Source of the DNA: Phoronis australis
Taxonomy: Eukaryota; Animalia; Phoronida
Direction of reading: 5' to 3'
Assembly: GCA_002633005.1 (NCBI GenBank)
Contig: NMRA01000112.1
Span: 384,629-448,628 of the forward strand
DNA length: 64,000 nucleotides
Shown here: positions 34,401 through 49,139 of the stretch, one piece after another
How positions within the stretch are numbered: the first letter of the stretch is position 1
Layout: every line of letters starts with the position of its first letter
Made by a program: the position numbers and the translations under genes
Notes under the pieces: generated by a model
Databases searched by the model: none
Told to the model about the DNA's origin: nothing
Seen by the model: the letters and a program-made list of their open reading frames with translations, nothing else

Positions 34401-36509
34401 CTTCCTTATTCGAAGCTTTATAAATTCAATGGATTCTAAAATGCTTTCAAATGTTTAAAGGTATCTTTCAAATTTCCCATTACATAAACGGTGAAATTTA
34501 GGATTACTCAATTTTGGCGGGAAATGTTTCGGTACACCGACAGAAATTCAAAGATTTAATTTTAAAAAGTACAGGTCAAATCCTCGACTCTACTATTTTC
34601 AACATATTGACCTCGGTGAAAGCTAATAGTATATACATGTAATGTTTCATACAAATTCAATATCAAACATATTCAAATTGCTACTTCATTTGTGCTGCAT
34701 GTGTGCTAATTACGGTAAATAATGGAGTTAAGAAAATATTCGTCTAATAGCTGGATAGAACAAAGCTAGAGTCGACAACTGGACAGTGACCTGGTTGTCG
34801 GACATGACCAGTTAAACGACAAAATAGTTTGGGAACACCGATTTACGAAGAGCTACACTCTGCTGTAAGAGATTTTCGTCGCAAATGCAAGTTAATGTAT
34901 CGAGTGTGGCAGTACGAAGCTCGACTGAAAAGGTAAAGTATTAACTTCCACAAGCAATAGAACACTATAATACCTGCGCTTTGCTCCATGGTACGGAATG
35001 CAATTTATTGATGATAGCATCCAATAGACTGAAGACCTGTAGGGTGCCCAGAGCAGCCGATATCAGCTCGTTGGAGACCACGCCCCCTTATTCCCATTGG
35101 CCTGCTAGCCGGTCTAGGCGCAGAGCAGGCCTGAAACATTAAGAAGAGAAATGTTTCAACGTTAATTTTGAAAAGGAGCCAAGCAGAGTAGTTACATTTT
35201 CTCCGAGTTATGTAACAATTAGATCTCAGAATTTCCATCCACAAAACCGGCACACCCCATGAATTCACTCCGCAAAACGTCGCAGAATTGGTTTCATTCT
35301 AGACACAATGCTAATATTATGTACAAGTGACATTGTATTAGTTTGAAAAGTATTACTTTCGACACGACATCTGACGCCTTTACCAAAAATGTCACAGATT
35401 GTCATGACAAAATGCGATTCTTTTGGGAGGGGAGGCGAAGATTACACTCCGAATTCATGTACAGTTCAAACTATTTTGTTTGGCAACTGACGAATCGCAG
35501 GTCATTAAACAGTAGAAGTAACCTAGAGTATCAAAAGTGGTCTTTTTACTGTTCTTTTCTAACTTTCAGGTAAATATGCACACTATTTTTCAAACTAGAT
35601 GCTGCCTGAATAAGGTTAGCTATGCCCGTCTTGAAACTGTCACACGCGAATAGTACGCAGTGATTTGTTGCTTCCAAATTGCACGTTTTTGTACATGCAC
35701 TCTTATTTTAAAGTTAAACAACAAATTACATTAAGGTTGAAGTTCACCATTGTCTTCAGTTCGATGAAGTTTGGTGTTAAAGAGAAGATTTAGAGAACGG
35801 AACATACATAACGTCTTCGTTTTTGAACATGAGAAATGAACAACTGCTCACCTAAAGGCTCTTCACCACAAATGACAAGGTCTCAACATCCAAATCAGTC
35901 ACGTGGTTTCAAAGCAGACAATTGGTATGCGAATGTCGTCTTATTATAAATATGCAAATTAGATAACCAGCATATGCGCGTCAAAGGTTCTGTTGCATTG
36001 ACGGAGTGAACCACGGGCTGACGTTTTCAATGGCGTCAGTCATTTACAAAAGAAATCCATTGAAGTCACGTGGTCTCCTAGTATAGTACCTGTACATTGC
36101 AAGTTCGCCGACACAAAAATCTCGCTTTGGAAGCCAAGTGTGATCACATGCTTGGCTTATGACATATTTTGCGAAGTCATGCGTGTTCCAACGTTTTCAA
36201 GAGATTCTCGCCGCTACGAAACGCACACCGGTTTTCAATGATTTGAGTGATCATCTTAACCCCAGGACGTGAGCATACACGGTTGTTCGGCCGACCGGAT
36301 TGCGAAGGAAGCTAGTGTGGTCAAAGCCAACCTCGTTTGCAAAACATGGTGATATCTCTTGCGCGGTTCTCTCGTTTAAGGAACGCATGCCAATGTAAAG
36401 TTCACTTCGGTCAACTCAGAAAGGACGGCCATGATTTAGCAATCTGCAACCTGTAATACCCGCACGTGCTGGCTTTGGATGACCGTTTCGCCAGAAAGTT
36501 TTCAAAGAA

Positions 36510-36823
36510 CATGTGCACCCAGAGGGGCTCGGGGGCTCCAATGCCCCCCCCCCATTTGGCGAAGTTGTCAAAAAGGTCCCCTCAGAGAAACAAAATATCT
36601 GAAAAGTAGGAAACGATCAGAAGTCCACTAAAAAGGCAGGAATCACCAAAATTCGGTGAATGCACAATTCATAGCTCTGAACGTACGCCGTTGTTTTATT
36701 GTATTGTTAGCAAAAGGTCCACATTTTCTTGTTTTTTTTTTGAAAAAGGTCCAATTTTTTAGTAAAAGAGCCACATTCTCAAAAATTCGAGCCCCCCCAC
36801 TTTTTAGGCTGGGTGCGCGCATG
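36510..36823. mobile_element. Short non-autonomous TIR element (related inverted copy 26600-26871)
   Basis: Termini CATGTGCACCCAG ... CTGGGTGCGCGCATG with repeated internal AAAAGGTCC motifs. The same end, CATGCGCGCACCCAGCC, occurs at 26600 and 25507. Confidence 0.6.
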
Positions 36824-39800
36824 AATAAATTCAGAATGCGCTACTTTCAAAGTTGTTGATGGATTAGAAAAACAATCGCTCCCTACTTTATTCGTACCCA
36901 GATGAACGATCACACTTGGCTTATCACCATTTCTAACTGCAGGTATACGAGCCTTGGTACTTTGCCCACTATATTGTGCGCTCAGCAGAAATAAAGAAGC
37001 TGAATATACTGGCTGAGCAATAGTTCTAGTTTAAAGTTGTAAATGTCATTTCTTAAATGTCCGATTTTCAAAATTCGAAAAACCTAAGCACGTGAACGTT
37101 TCACGAACTGTTCAAATATGCTATTTAAAAGCTTCTAAGTTGAACACATAAAAGTATCATTGACGCCCCCTAGTGTTTACAACCATGTTCATGATGGGCA
37201 ATTTTGCGCCTGACTACACAAGTTAATCTCCATCGGTAGAAGTTTGGTCATTCTTCGATCATACTAGCGAGCCGGTCAGACTGCGTGTGAAACCAATCAC
37301 GTCATTGGATAATTTCAACACCTCCGTCTGCCGTCAGGTGTCAGGTAACGCAACCGAACGTGCCGTTATCGAGTAGAACTACTCGATCTAAATTGATACA
37401 AAAAGGTTGTTTTTTGGGTGGCATTCTCCTTTAATGCGACAGCCTCGGTCCGCAAAAGCACCTGAACCGGTACTCGGTGAATATCGAAGTTCTTCGGCCA
37501 GTCAAATACATACTTGTGCACACCAGACTTTGCGTTTGTAGCACGCTGAGCAAAACCGGCAGTCTGAAAACCCCATTGATGACGAGGTGGCCTAGTATTC
37601 GCTAAATACAGGATGCTGGAATATCTCAGCCTACCAGCAGGGCTGTAAAACCTGCGTCTTCATCACGACATACCCCATCAAAATAGACACTTGTTAAAAA
37701 GTGTAATATTTTTACTTGATTAAGATGACACTAACTTTAAAAGTCTGCTTTGCTTAGATCACAACCATGAATACATCATTCGAAACACGTTGCCTATTCC
37801 CAACCTAACTGTAACTTCTGACTTGAAAAAGAGTGCTAAACTAAAAAAAAACGTCTAAATGAGCGTCGGTCTGTCTTCGTTTTCGGACAAGAACTTTTCT
37901 AACCTTGTGGATAGAAAATGTGCGGTGCTTAAAGCACCACCGCAGACAATAAATTACAAATTGTCTTTGACCACCTTTGTTTTGCGTGCATCTCTCTGTT
38001 ACCCACTAGTTCAATAAATATTAAAAATATGAAGGTGTTCAGTATTAAAGTATGGGAAGCGAAACAAAGCTGTTGACATTTTCATTTTCAATAGTGCTCC
38101 TGTTATTTTTCAACTTTTTGTACATTCAAAAATGTATTCAAATGAAACAGAAAGCAATGAGTGTTACATGTACTTGCCACCGGAAATACGGGTCTCAGTC
38201 TATCACAAACAGTCTTGATTATCGTTCCATAGTTGCACAGTCATGATCCACATCTAATTTCCAAAAGCATTTGTAAATTTAGGAAGTGTTTTTCGTTGGC
38301 AATTCGAACAAAAGCAACAACAACACAGTTGCATTTCCTTTTATCTCTTTATTCGCAAAAGCTTAAAAAAGTCCGGATTAGGGCAGTCTGCCTATACATG
38401 TACGTATATTTCTGATATCCGTTTGTTACTTAGTACCCTGGCAAGGAATTTTAGTCGATACTCACCCTGCTGGCGGCCAGCTTCGAATTTACATGACTTG
38501 TACTTTCAAGTTAATTCTAAATCATCGTACTAACAAACGGGTTGTGGTCCTGGATTCGAATATTCAGTTTTCAATTATCCCGAACGCGGGTCCGAAGTTC
38601 TCGGAAAAACATTTAGTGGTGAGTCATGTTTTACTGGTCATGTCCGTATGTTAATAAAATATTACATGTCCCGGAAGTAGGGAAGAGATGTCTTATCCCC
38701 TGCAATCTAAAACTAGGTCGAGTACCCCAGACCTCGCTGGTTCTCAAGTTTTTCCCTTCAAGTCGGCAAATGCGTATCTACTGTAGTTTGTTCGTGTAAC
38801 TGGTTTTAATGCGTGGAGGTTTAGCTCCTTTGGAACACGGATACCATCGCAATACCGTTCAGCTGATGGCCAAAGCATGTTGCAGACATTCATAACTAAT
38901 TATTGTCATGAACAGGCTGAATGAATTGTTGGACCCGCCTTCATGGAATTGACTGATTAGCAATGACTAATTTGTTATCTCACATTAACAGTGTTTTCGT
39001 TGTGAATATGTCCAATTTCTGACGGTTCATCCAGTCAACGATGTCGTTGAACTTGCCCACTCGCTATAGCGGTATTTAGGTCAGTGCACGTGATTAGGCC
39101 TACTGAGTAATTTGAAAACATATTCATCTAATAACCGTGTTCAGAATATTTAAAATACCTTAAATAATCTTCTCATCGCTGGAGCTAAGAGCCACGTACC
39201 TTTAACTAAACTAGTGGGGCCCCTCCACTTCCCTCCTTAAAGCGGGTCTAAAATCGCTTTTGATCGTCATAAACATCAGTTTCCAATATATACTTGCTTT
39301 TAACTGTCGCGTGACTAGCAAAATTATTAAGCTTGATTTCAAGTGATAACGCGTTCTTGCCCAAACCAAGAATCGTCTCTACTGCTGCCGTAAGTGTCCT
39401 CAATCAAAATTTATTTTTACACCCAATATCGGGTTTATAGTGATTTTAAAAGGTATGGGAATGTCTTAAATCTAGCAGCCATTCCATGAAATAACCACAT
39501 TAAGCATTGCTTACATGTAATTGTTAAGATATTTCCTTCCTACTCACGCAAATTATTAAATAATTTGAAGGTCACGCGGTCACATAAACTATGTTTCAAA
39601 CTTGACCACCGCTACCTGTTTTCCAACCCCAACAGATGATCTAGAGCTTCAAAGATTAAACAAGTAGAAAGCAACCAGTTTAGAAAGGTTTCGCCACGTT
39701 TACATGTATGCACTAGCTGCGGACCAACATTCGTTGGTGATTTCGCAAAGAAGCTCTGACCACATAGGTTTTAAAACTCAATAATAAATCCATTGTGTAA

Positions 39801-40560
39801 GCTTAGGTTGTGCCTCCTGAAAGGCATTATATCGTGTGATAGTTTTTCAATGAAATATAACTTCGTTTTGGAAGCCTTTCCAGCAGGCAGAGGTTCACTT
39901 AGTCTTAAGTGCGATTAAATAGGAAGGTATTCCTGCATTTTAGTCGTCTAAATTCAGTGAACAGTCCGAAGGTAATTTAGAACCAGTTATGTCTACATCC
40001 ACACCGGGATGAAGGACAATGTTATTAAGTGGAAATAACGGGTTGTCTTCACTAATTCTGGATAATTTGAATGGCCAAAATGCAGGATTACTGGTAAATA
40101 ATCTCCAATTTGGAACAGTCTAAAACATTTGGCACAAAGAAACTCGCAAAATTCGGATTTTCTTGATTTTGGAATTTGGGACAATGGCGAATTTGGCGTT
40201 AACCGTTTTTGTCAAATTTAGGCCAATGTGTTGTCAATTTAGAGAGTGGTCCTTCCCGTGATTCTTGAATTAGGGAATATTGCCTATTTTTAAAATTTGG
40301 GACTAGCTCTAACGTAAATTTGGAAAATGATTAATTTCCACTTGCCAAATTGGCGAGATATTCTTTTACAACTTCACGTCCATCGCCGTTTCTGGAACAG
40401 TAAATACGAGGCCCAATGTTCGAGTAGCTGATTATGATGACTGGTCTGGGTCAATGAAAACCCTAGATTTTGCACCCCCTCTCAGGACACCTAAAATAGG
40501 CATAAGTGAGAGAAATCACGCTCGACAGGGTTTCTCGAAGATGGAGGAACTCAACAAAGC

Positions 40561-40812
40561 CATGGGTCCGTTCCAAGAAACTGACTTAAGTTCATTTTTG
40601 ACTTAAGTCTAAGATTTGTCTTAACTTCTGAACTTTGAAACTGCCACCGACAGTAAGACAGTCATAATTAAGACAAAACTTATCGAAAATTGAACTAAAA
40701 ATTGAGATCTCTTTCTTGAAACGGTCTTGAGACAAATTTAAGTTTTATGTTGAAATTTACTAAAAGTTAAGATTTGTCTTAGCTAAGTCAGTTTGGTTGG
40801 AAAGGACCCATG
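40561..40812. mobile_element. MITE with ~28-bp TIRs
   Basis: CATGGGTCCGTTCCAAGAAACTGACTTA ... TAAGTCAGTTTGGTTGGAAAGGACCCATG, with internal TTAAGAC/GTCTTAA sub-repeats. Confidence 0.7.
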
Positions 40813-43800
40813 TCTTGCTACGTCCGTCGGAAAACACTGAGATGCCAAAAATAACCCAAAAATTGCGATTTTCCTTTTTCTACCTAATATCATAAATTCA
40901 CGACTGTTCTGGTGGAGACATGAGAATCGGAATGCCCTTCCACTTAAGAGTCTCAAACATCATCATCAGGATAAGCAATCGAGGCCATCTAATAATCTTG
41001 ACCCAAACAGTGTACAGAAGAGCTATCAGCACGCATCATAGCAACAAAACATTAAAGCCAATTCATAAGACCCATGACAGCCTGCTGTGCCCCAGCTGTT
41101 TTGGGAAAAATTCCATTTTGTTGTCCTCTCATCCTATTTATCTTGCACCATTTCCTGTCGACAAGGCAGATACCTCTTAGACTTTTCATGTTTGAAAAAA
41201 CGGTCTGATCGACACGCATCCCTTGCCAGTTTTTGGAATCTTGAATCTTTGTGCATTCCAAGTGTGTTTTCTGCTGGTGCCCAGTAGTTGCGTGCGAGTC
41301 GTGGTTTTGGGTTAAAAAGTGCCAGTTTTATATATTTTTGTTTGTTTTTTGGAATGGCCGGCTAGGTTTGCTGTGTGTATAAAAGCACAAATGGCACCTT
41401 GAACGCAATTTTTAGGCAAGCTTTATGTATGGTCAGTATACTTGCACATGATTCATATTTTGTAGCTTTGTTGTAAATGAAATAAACTGTTTTCCCTCAG
41501 TTCACCCTGCCTGTGGAGGCAAAAATGAGGAAAAACTGTTGAGTGCCCCAAACAAAGATGTGCTCTCAAAATGGCGGTACTTCACGGTATCCGGGTAGAT
41601 AAGAGTGAAGGTCAAATTTCTGGGCTACATTTACTCAAAACAACTTCAAGTACGTATTGGATGTTATTCGTGGCGATTACTTCTCATTTCGCCCTCATAA
41701 TTGCCGTCACGCCTGACCCGCTTCATTTTCTTCCTTTAAACTACACGGCAAGCTCAGGAAATCTTGCGAAGTCTTGCCTTTAAGTGAGGACCTAGCGTAG
41801 GCCCTAGCGTTACTTAACTCTTACCCAAATGACATCGACGTAATTGGGTGGGAATAATGCGATTCTCAAGTCACTCAGAACTCACACTTCTCGTGACAAT
41901 TGCGCACGCTCAATTTTGGAGCATATTAAAAATGCCGACACCGCCGGCAAAACTTACACTGTACACGGTCAGTAGCCACGTTTTCATACATTTGATACGT
42001 TGGTAAAATGTGACTGGTTAATTGCCTGTGTGACAATATTTTTTATCATTGTACACAAACTTTTAATTTCGACATTTTGTTATTTTCACCAAATTTGTTG
42101 GCAAACCTAACAAAAATGCGCAATTTTAAACGCGAGACTTCGTATCGCCCCCCTGAACGAATGGCCTGAATAACATTAGCGTTCAAAGCCGTGACAGTTA
42201 GAATCGCTTTGAACCGTTAACACGTAATGTGAGTTTGAGTTGCGTCTGTAGAACTGTCGCTAAAGCAATACGTAGGTTCACTTAAATAAACAAATTTTAA
42301 TGTCCCTGGTTGTTCTACGCCTCCGTTCAAAATATTCCGCCCATTTTCGTGTACATACTCCGAGGGCTCTTCCATCGTTACCGAGCATGCGCGCATTCAA
42401 TACCAGCGCAGTTCTGGTGCCTTAAAATGAATACCCGAGTCAATGCGAAATAGTGTGCACTCGACACCCTATCTCCAGCCGGGGCGGCGACACCTGTCGA
42501 CGGAAAAATATCCACCCAACCCGTGTCGCTGACTCGGACACTGACGCCGCCTTCACTGTACACCAATTCCTCCTATGTTCTCCCACTGTAGGTAACCCGG
42601 CGGGTGAGCTTTCCTAATTATACACGGTTATGCTATGGACCAAATTCAGACGTTGATTACTACATTAGTCAACCGCAAATTATTCTGGTTTGATCATTTG
42701 ACCGATCATTGCTCTATGTGGTGGAAATCGTATGTCCATCAAACATGTGAGTTTTTTAACACTGGCTCTGTTTGATTCTTTCTGAACATCGTGTTCATAA
42801 CTACAAAGTGGCAAAATAATTTTCTATGCAAATAAATGCTACTACACAGTCACGTGCGATTAAGCCATATGTGGCATCCGTTCCGACTAGGTCACCATAG
42901 TAACGCCAGAGAAAGAAACCTAACACGCGCCACTCAGCTGGCGACAAACGACTGCTCAACCGCTAGTTCGACGATAGAGATCAGAGAGCACCTCCAACCT
43001 GGCGCGAATCAGATTGCAAGTATTAGTGTTACGCTGGCAGTTCGCCCTCAGAGAAGCGCAGAGACCTCGTTGACTGGTTTCCTGTGCAGCGATTTGAGGA
43101 TGGTTGTTTCCTGCGGCTTGTTTAGTGAATAACAGTTGGTAGATGTTTTCAGAGGCTGCAGTGTGTGGGTCAAACGTCGGCTGATACGCAAGCTCTTAAC
43201 CGGCCTATTTTGCATCAACACCAATTGGGTTTGATGAAATCCTCTTGACGTTTGTAGTAAGACATTATCGCTGATGGAGTTGTGTGCTAAATGTGCAAGT
43301 TTCGTGGCCTTACTTCTAGTGATCGTCTGCCGATTTGTAATTTCTGGTGAGTAATACCGAGGTCTCGTTAACCAATGAGTCCGTTTCTTCAGGCTTACTA
43401 CCTGGATACAATGTGGACTTGTTTTAACTACCAACCCAACGCACAATGGTCACAACGAATATTGACTTATATTGACTTTTATTTGTTTTATCTTGTTCTG
43501 ATAATTTGTGAGTTTTTCAGTGAGTCAATACTCATGACCTTCGTGCTCCAAATACCCGACGAAAACTCCTGCCTGAAGATTTTATCATTTTGAGTAAACA
43601 CAGATTGCGATTTGTTACAGCTGAGGTTGAATACTCTGTGAGATCAAGATCCGTCCCATTATTCCTTCGTTTTGTCAATCGAGCTGTGGCTCAAAACACC
43701 CTTACGTAACTGTTGGTGTTCGTATGCACAACAGCTGTGTACACAAATCTCCATTCGTGAGACATTTCTACAGGCGTGAACGTACCTCAGTGAATGACAG

Positions 43801-45063
43801 AACGTTTCAAGGCAGTGACATTTTGCGAAGTGTTGCTGATTTGATGCAGCCTTGGTATTGATGCCGAAACACTTGTTGTTCTTCCATGATAAGTTGGTCG
43901 AATTTGTTGCTAAATCCGTAACAGATGGTTTAGCCAATCATCTGTTTACTCTATGCAGGGCATTGCGGTTGGGCACGCGTCCAAAATAAGGTGTTTTAAT
44001 GTATGACTAAAACTTCTTTGTCAGCTGGTTAAGTTTAGACTTGAGTTCTCTTGGAGTTCTTTCTATTGTACGTTCAGAAATGAGTGCGCTTCAACACTCG
44101 AGGGATAGTTTTATTATTAAACGAACCTAACTGGAATGTTACGTTCTGCCTATATTTAGCTCGCCTCGGTCACTTGTATTTATCAGTATGTAATGGGCTT
44201 AATTTTTCAGTTCAAAACTCATTTCGCAGCACTCTCGACTGTAATTGTGTAAAACAAAAGAACACCAACATTGCAACGCACTGGTACTGGTACAATTGCG
44301 TGTTCGCTGCCGCAGCCATCTGGCTTAAACTAGGCTACGCGGCGCGGCCGCTGTCCTCATTGGTTCCTAAAAAAGCGTCGGAGTGCGGCTGCCGAAGTCG
44401 TGGGCTCGAATCTGTTTTGAGTATCTCAAATAAACAATATCGTCACCGATAATATCATTTTATTGAAGGTCCAATTCTAATTCAGTGTGTCAAATGATAC
44501 AAAAAATGGGTGTCTATTCTCTTTGTAGCAAATCCCGGCCACATGATGTATACGTCTACAAGTGACAAAATAACCGTATTCCCTGCAAAATACCTACACG
44601 TAAGGGGCGCAGTTAGTGTCAATCAGAACCGTAGAGGTCGTTTCATATCATTTAAATAAACCATATTTTTAGCTAAGCGGCGTAGGCATTTATCTTCTGA
44701 AAGATGTCTGTTGAAATGCGTTCAGCTACTGCCGAAACCGCTTTTAAAACCGACAAAGTGGATGACTTAAAGTACAAAGCACTTAACACTGTTCTTGCTG
44801 TAAATACGCAGGTGCTTTCACTGGCTCTGAGTCTGTTTTCACCACCGTGCAAAATCAGCTTTGTGATGGCGTTTAGGGTATTCTCCAACCGGGAATTACC
44901 CTCGTTGTTTTTATTTAGTCAGTGCACTATACTCATTTATAGGCACTATAAACCTGCTTTCTGTCAAAAAGCTATTTTTTATTCGTGTCATTTACTGTCA
45001 TAAAACTGGTCGCAATTTGTCTCTTGCTTAGCTTCGTCTTCAGTATTGTGCGCATTTGTTCTG

Positions 45064-45773
45064 CAGTGTAGTACCGCGCCGGGTCCAAGAGGTCCCTAGA
45101 TTTCCATTTCGTCCCAGCAAAAAGCCCACTGCACTGGCCGCAGTCCCGCTAATGGCGCACTGAACGTCTTCCTACAGAAAAATCTTCCAAGCAAAACAGG
45201 GTGGGAGTTAGACCTGGCACCGCAATGGGGGGTCTCTCAGCAATTTTTGGTTTACGGCTGCAAGCACCTTGGCAATATGAGTGACCCCCGGGCATATTTC
45301 TGCATTCCAGAAATTTCGCTGGGATTTGTTTACAGAAGTTATTTTGTGTCCCCACGTCATGCAATCGAGAACCCAGCTAGTCCTGAATCCCCTATCAACA
45401 GACCTCGTGGAAAGACACTTGTGAGTCTGATGACGTCAGAGTTGAGTTCAGTAGACGCAAACATCTTGGACAGGAAGCTTCTTTAGTCACGTGCTGTGCA
45501 TCTAATGCATGGCGATATCTCGCGAAGTCTTGCGTGGTCGTGAGTTTTCGCAGGGGGCCACGGCATGCTATTGTTTCAGAGAAGTCGGGCGTGAGATTTT
45601 AGTTGAGTTATCAAAGGTCTTCATAAAATTAAAAAATCCCTAGATTAGTCCCAGCAAATCTTTGTCCCAATACACAATTTTCCCAGCAAAAAGTTCAGTG
45701 AAAAAACATTAGGAATATTTCAGGTAATTTTCGCATGGGAATGGCATTATAGTGCAGGTAATGGACTACACTG
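45064..45773. mobile_element. Non-autonomous hAT-like element
   Basis: Termini CAGTGTAGTACC ... GGACTACACTG, with subterminal TCCCAGCAAA repeats. Flanks TTGTTCTG / TTGTCAGT are at best a decayed TSD. Confidence 0.5.
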
Positions 45774-46140
45774 TTGTCAGTTTTGAAATACTAATGTCCG
45801 TTCGTGTACATTACAAGAAAGAAATAATGCAACGATATGTCTACTCAAGTCACGAGTTTCATTGCCAGACATGCAATTCGTGCCAGTATTTTCACCGATT
45901 TAGGACATAGAACCACTCTTGTCTATCGAAACGTGTAACTGTACAAAAATCGCACAAGACATCTGTGTGTTTGTGTTTTTTCCATCATGCTACACTGCAG
46001 GTGCAAACAACCGCCGAGCAGCGTACTTGTATACTACTTGCTACCTCTGCGCGCTACAGCTATATGGTGACACTCCTAGCGTTACAGAAAGACGTTACAT
46101 GCGCTATGGTTTTAGGGAAATCGTACGCATCAATATCAGC

Positions 46141-46250
46141 AACAACGACAACGACAACAACAATAATAATAATAGCAATAGTAATAATAATGATAATGAT
46201 AATTATTTATTTATTATTTTTATTCTTGTTCTTGTTGTTGTTATTATTTT
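46141..46250. repeat. Compound (AAC)/(AAT) then (TTA)/(TTG) microsatellite
   Basis: Directly visible simple repeat with a quasi-palindromic arrangement. Confidence 0.8.
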
Positions 46251-48700
46251 ATCAACTCATATCGAACTTTTTGATAGGTATTATAATTGAGTATGGTCGA
46301 GAATGGCTTGAGGTTCTTGAAATGTTCCACGATGTTTATGTTCTGGCAAAGAAGAGTAGTGTAACGTTTTCCCAGCTTTGCTAGATTTAGCCGACAGAAA
46401 GTCTTGGGCTTTTCCTTTTTATCGACAATTGTCTCTTTAAAGCCATTTGCCGCGTCCGGATTGGAGATATTTTTTATCAATTGTGGGTGATTACAAGGAT
46501 CATTGTTGAATACTTATATACTTGGCTTACCCGTTGGAATAAATAACGAAATCACATGTTAGTTAAGATCAATTAAAGTCCACCCCTAATTTAGTCGTTC
46601 TTGATAGTGTTTCATGCTTCAATAACACCCCAGCGCGTTTTCAAAAACATTCAACATCAAATCGAGCTACATGAAGTTTGCGCGCTGGAATATAAGTCAA
46701 ACTAGTATGTATAATATATACTATTGTAATAGTATTTAGGGATAATTTAGGAGCACGCCACGCGATCAGCACAAAAACAATTTCATTAACCCTCTGTATA
46801 ACTCGGGCCAACCGAGCCACTGAAAGTGGAAGTGAAGAAAGACAACATGGCCCATTGGTTCTCTGAATTCGACGATAGACATGAGGCCGTGCTAGTCAAT
46901 TCACCCATTATCACGTTTTTCTAAAATGATTCGTGGTATTACAGTGTATGTAGTCGTACAAAAAGGACAGCTTGAATGTCTTCTTTCATACGATTGGGAC
47001 CGAGGCGTTCCATGGAGTAGTGTCGTGCGAGTAGATCGAGATCGCGCGAGTTTCCAGCGAGGTTTTGCCACTTATTACAAATAGCACGTAGTCATGTCGG
47101 TTGTCTTTCACTCGCCAGCGTGTTGAGTTGGGGAACGGGACCCAGTACCATACAATCTGCCTTTGAGCCCGTATCCAGACTGCATGTCGCGAGTCGAGTA
47201 GACGTCAGCAAAGGGGCCTGCCCGGCCGACGAAAAATGTCTGTTGTCATGTAAAAATTTGCACGTCACGGTTAAGCAATGACGTATACACATTTCCCAAA
47301 TAACCTGCAATTACGGGTAGGTTACTTTACTGAAGAGAGATGGAATTATTTTTAGGAAACTGTTGGGTGGAGCGTAAGTCACTAAGTTCGTCTCATGGGA
47401 CGCGTATAGTTAATGTTATGTACATGTAGGACCTTGTAGACAAGTGTGTGTGTGTGTGTAGCCAAATAACCACAAACTTTTTAATTTTAACCCTTGAAAA
47501 GTTCGTATTTGCTGACAGTTGAAAATTCGTTGGGTTCGATTTTTTACTTTTAGCAGCATGACATTTAATTGGGTCACGTGACCATTTCGTTTAATTTAGC
47601 CAAAATGAAATTTAGACCGATAGCATAACAACCGTATCAATAACATGACCAAATTTCGTTTTATATCAATGTTCAAGATGAAATCTCGAGAACGCTTTTA
47701 CAGTTTAATAAATTATCGTTATGATTTCATTTTTTACCATTTTGAGTTGTTGGATGAAAGTCCTATTATTTGATAGCCCCTCATACTCTGTAAAACCGTC
47801 CCTAAAAGCATGTTTCCGGAGAGCACTGATATCTGAAAGTTTCATACCAATCTATTTCCGAGATATACTGTTCCGAAATTAGCCAAATTTGGACATTTTG
47901 ACATGGGCTTTCATAACCTTAATTCAATTAGATAGCAATGAGGATGCAAGTGAGATGTCTTGGAATAAGCGATTACAATTGTTATCTCATGTTATATGTG
48001 ATACAAGCATTGCGCATTTCGAAGTCGTCGTAATCTTTGAATGACAAGGACGTAGGGAAATCCATTTTAGTCAACAGCAAGTGTTTAAACATGTAATACA
48101 TCAATTTCAAATTTGGGATATTGATGTTTCAGTAAATATTTGATGACTTTGTCACAAGTGTATTTGTAAACGTGTTTTAAATAAAAGTGTCAACAGCCAG
48201 AATTTCGAAATTCACTAATTTTAATTTATAAATACGTAATCAAAGAGATTATTTTTGGAAATTACCTCTGAAATCCGCGGTGTATGAACACTTTAGATTT
48301 CCTACTAAGATTTGAGCGTTTCAATGTGTTTTGTCTACTTATTACATTTAATTACATTTTCTTAAATTAGAATTGCGTCGTTTAACGAACCACCCAACCT
48401 GAACTCGCAGGCTTGAGTCTCCCATGTCGGGGTCATGCGCATGACAAACAGATAGGTCGTTGCACCAAAATGATCAAATCAATACGGGATTTTGGCTGTC
48501 ATCTTTGAAAATTGTATCTTGTGGCATCTTGTCCCCTACAACCTAACCGATCGCTGCTGCAACTATAAAGTAACACTATTTTCTGTAGGGTTATATCTGG
48601 AATACAGGTCAATTCAATTTCAGTTTGTCTGCACATGCTCTGTTCTTGTTTAAGGTAAAATTCGAATGTTGTGATTACAATTGAAAAATGTTTATTTCAG

Positions 48701-49139
48701 TGGACCACGGCCCGAATCTTCTCTGGTCCCAAAAAGATGCGTTTGGCGTTGCCAGAATTGTGTCTATAACGAAGAATCCGGATGCGTGGATCACAACGAG
48801 ACAGGCCAGTACAAAGTACATCACGGCTCCTGGCACCAAGTGGCATTTTAAAGCACTAGCATTTCACTATAATGGTCGACGTCTGTTTTGGAGTGACGCT
48901 GGCAACAAAAATATACAAGGACTGCATTTAAATGGTAGTACAGTGACGACCACCTTAGCGGAGCACACCTCCGCACAAGTGCTAGGAATGGCATATGACT
49001 GGGCAAATGGTAATTTGTACTGGACGGATGCGCTGTATGACTGGATAATCATCATGTCTTTATCAAGCAACAAGCTTCGAACTCTTCACACATCCAACAC
49101 GGACTCCCCCTTCGCTATAGCTGTACATCCGTCAAAAGG
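48701..49139 (+). CDS. LRP-like gene exon A (YWTD propeller 1)
   Basis: TTTCAG acceptor; LFWSD, YDWANGNLYWTD and AIAVHPSKG motifs; GG|GTAAGA donor (phase 2). Confidence 0.9.

Noticed and set aside
44673-45003. Overlapping 71-aa and 99-aa ORFs
   Set aside because: No domain signal or supporting splice structure.
45919-46384. 123-aa and 139-aa ORFs with hydrophobic or poly-Asn stretches
   Set aside because: Their composition comes from the microsatellite. A candidate exon at 46001-46108 has only a weak donor.
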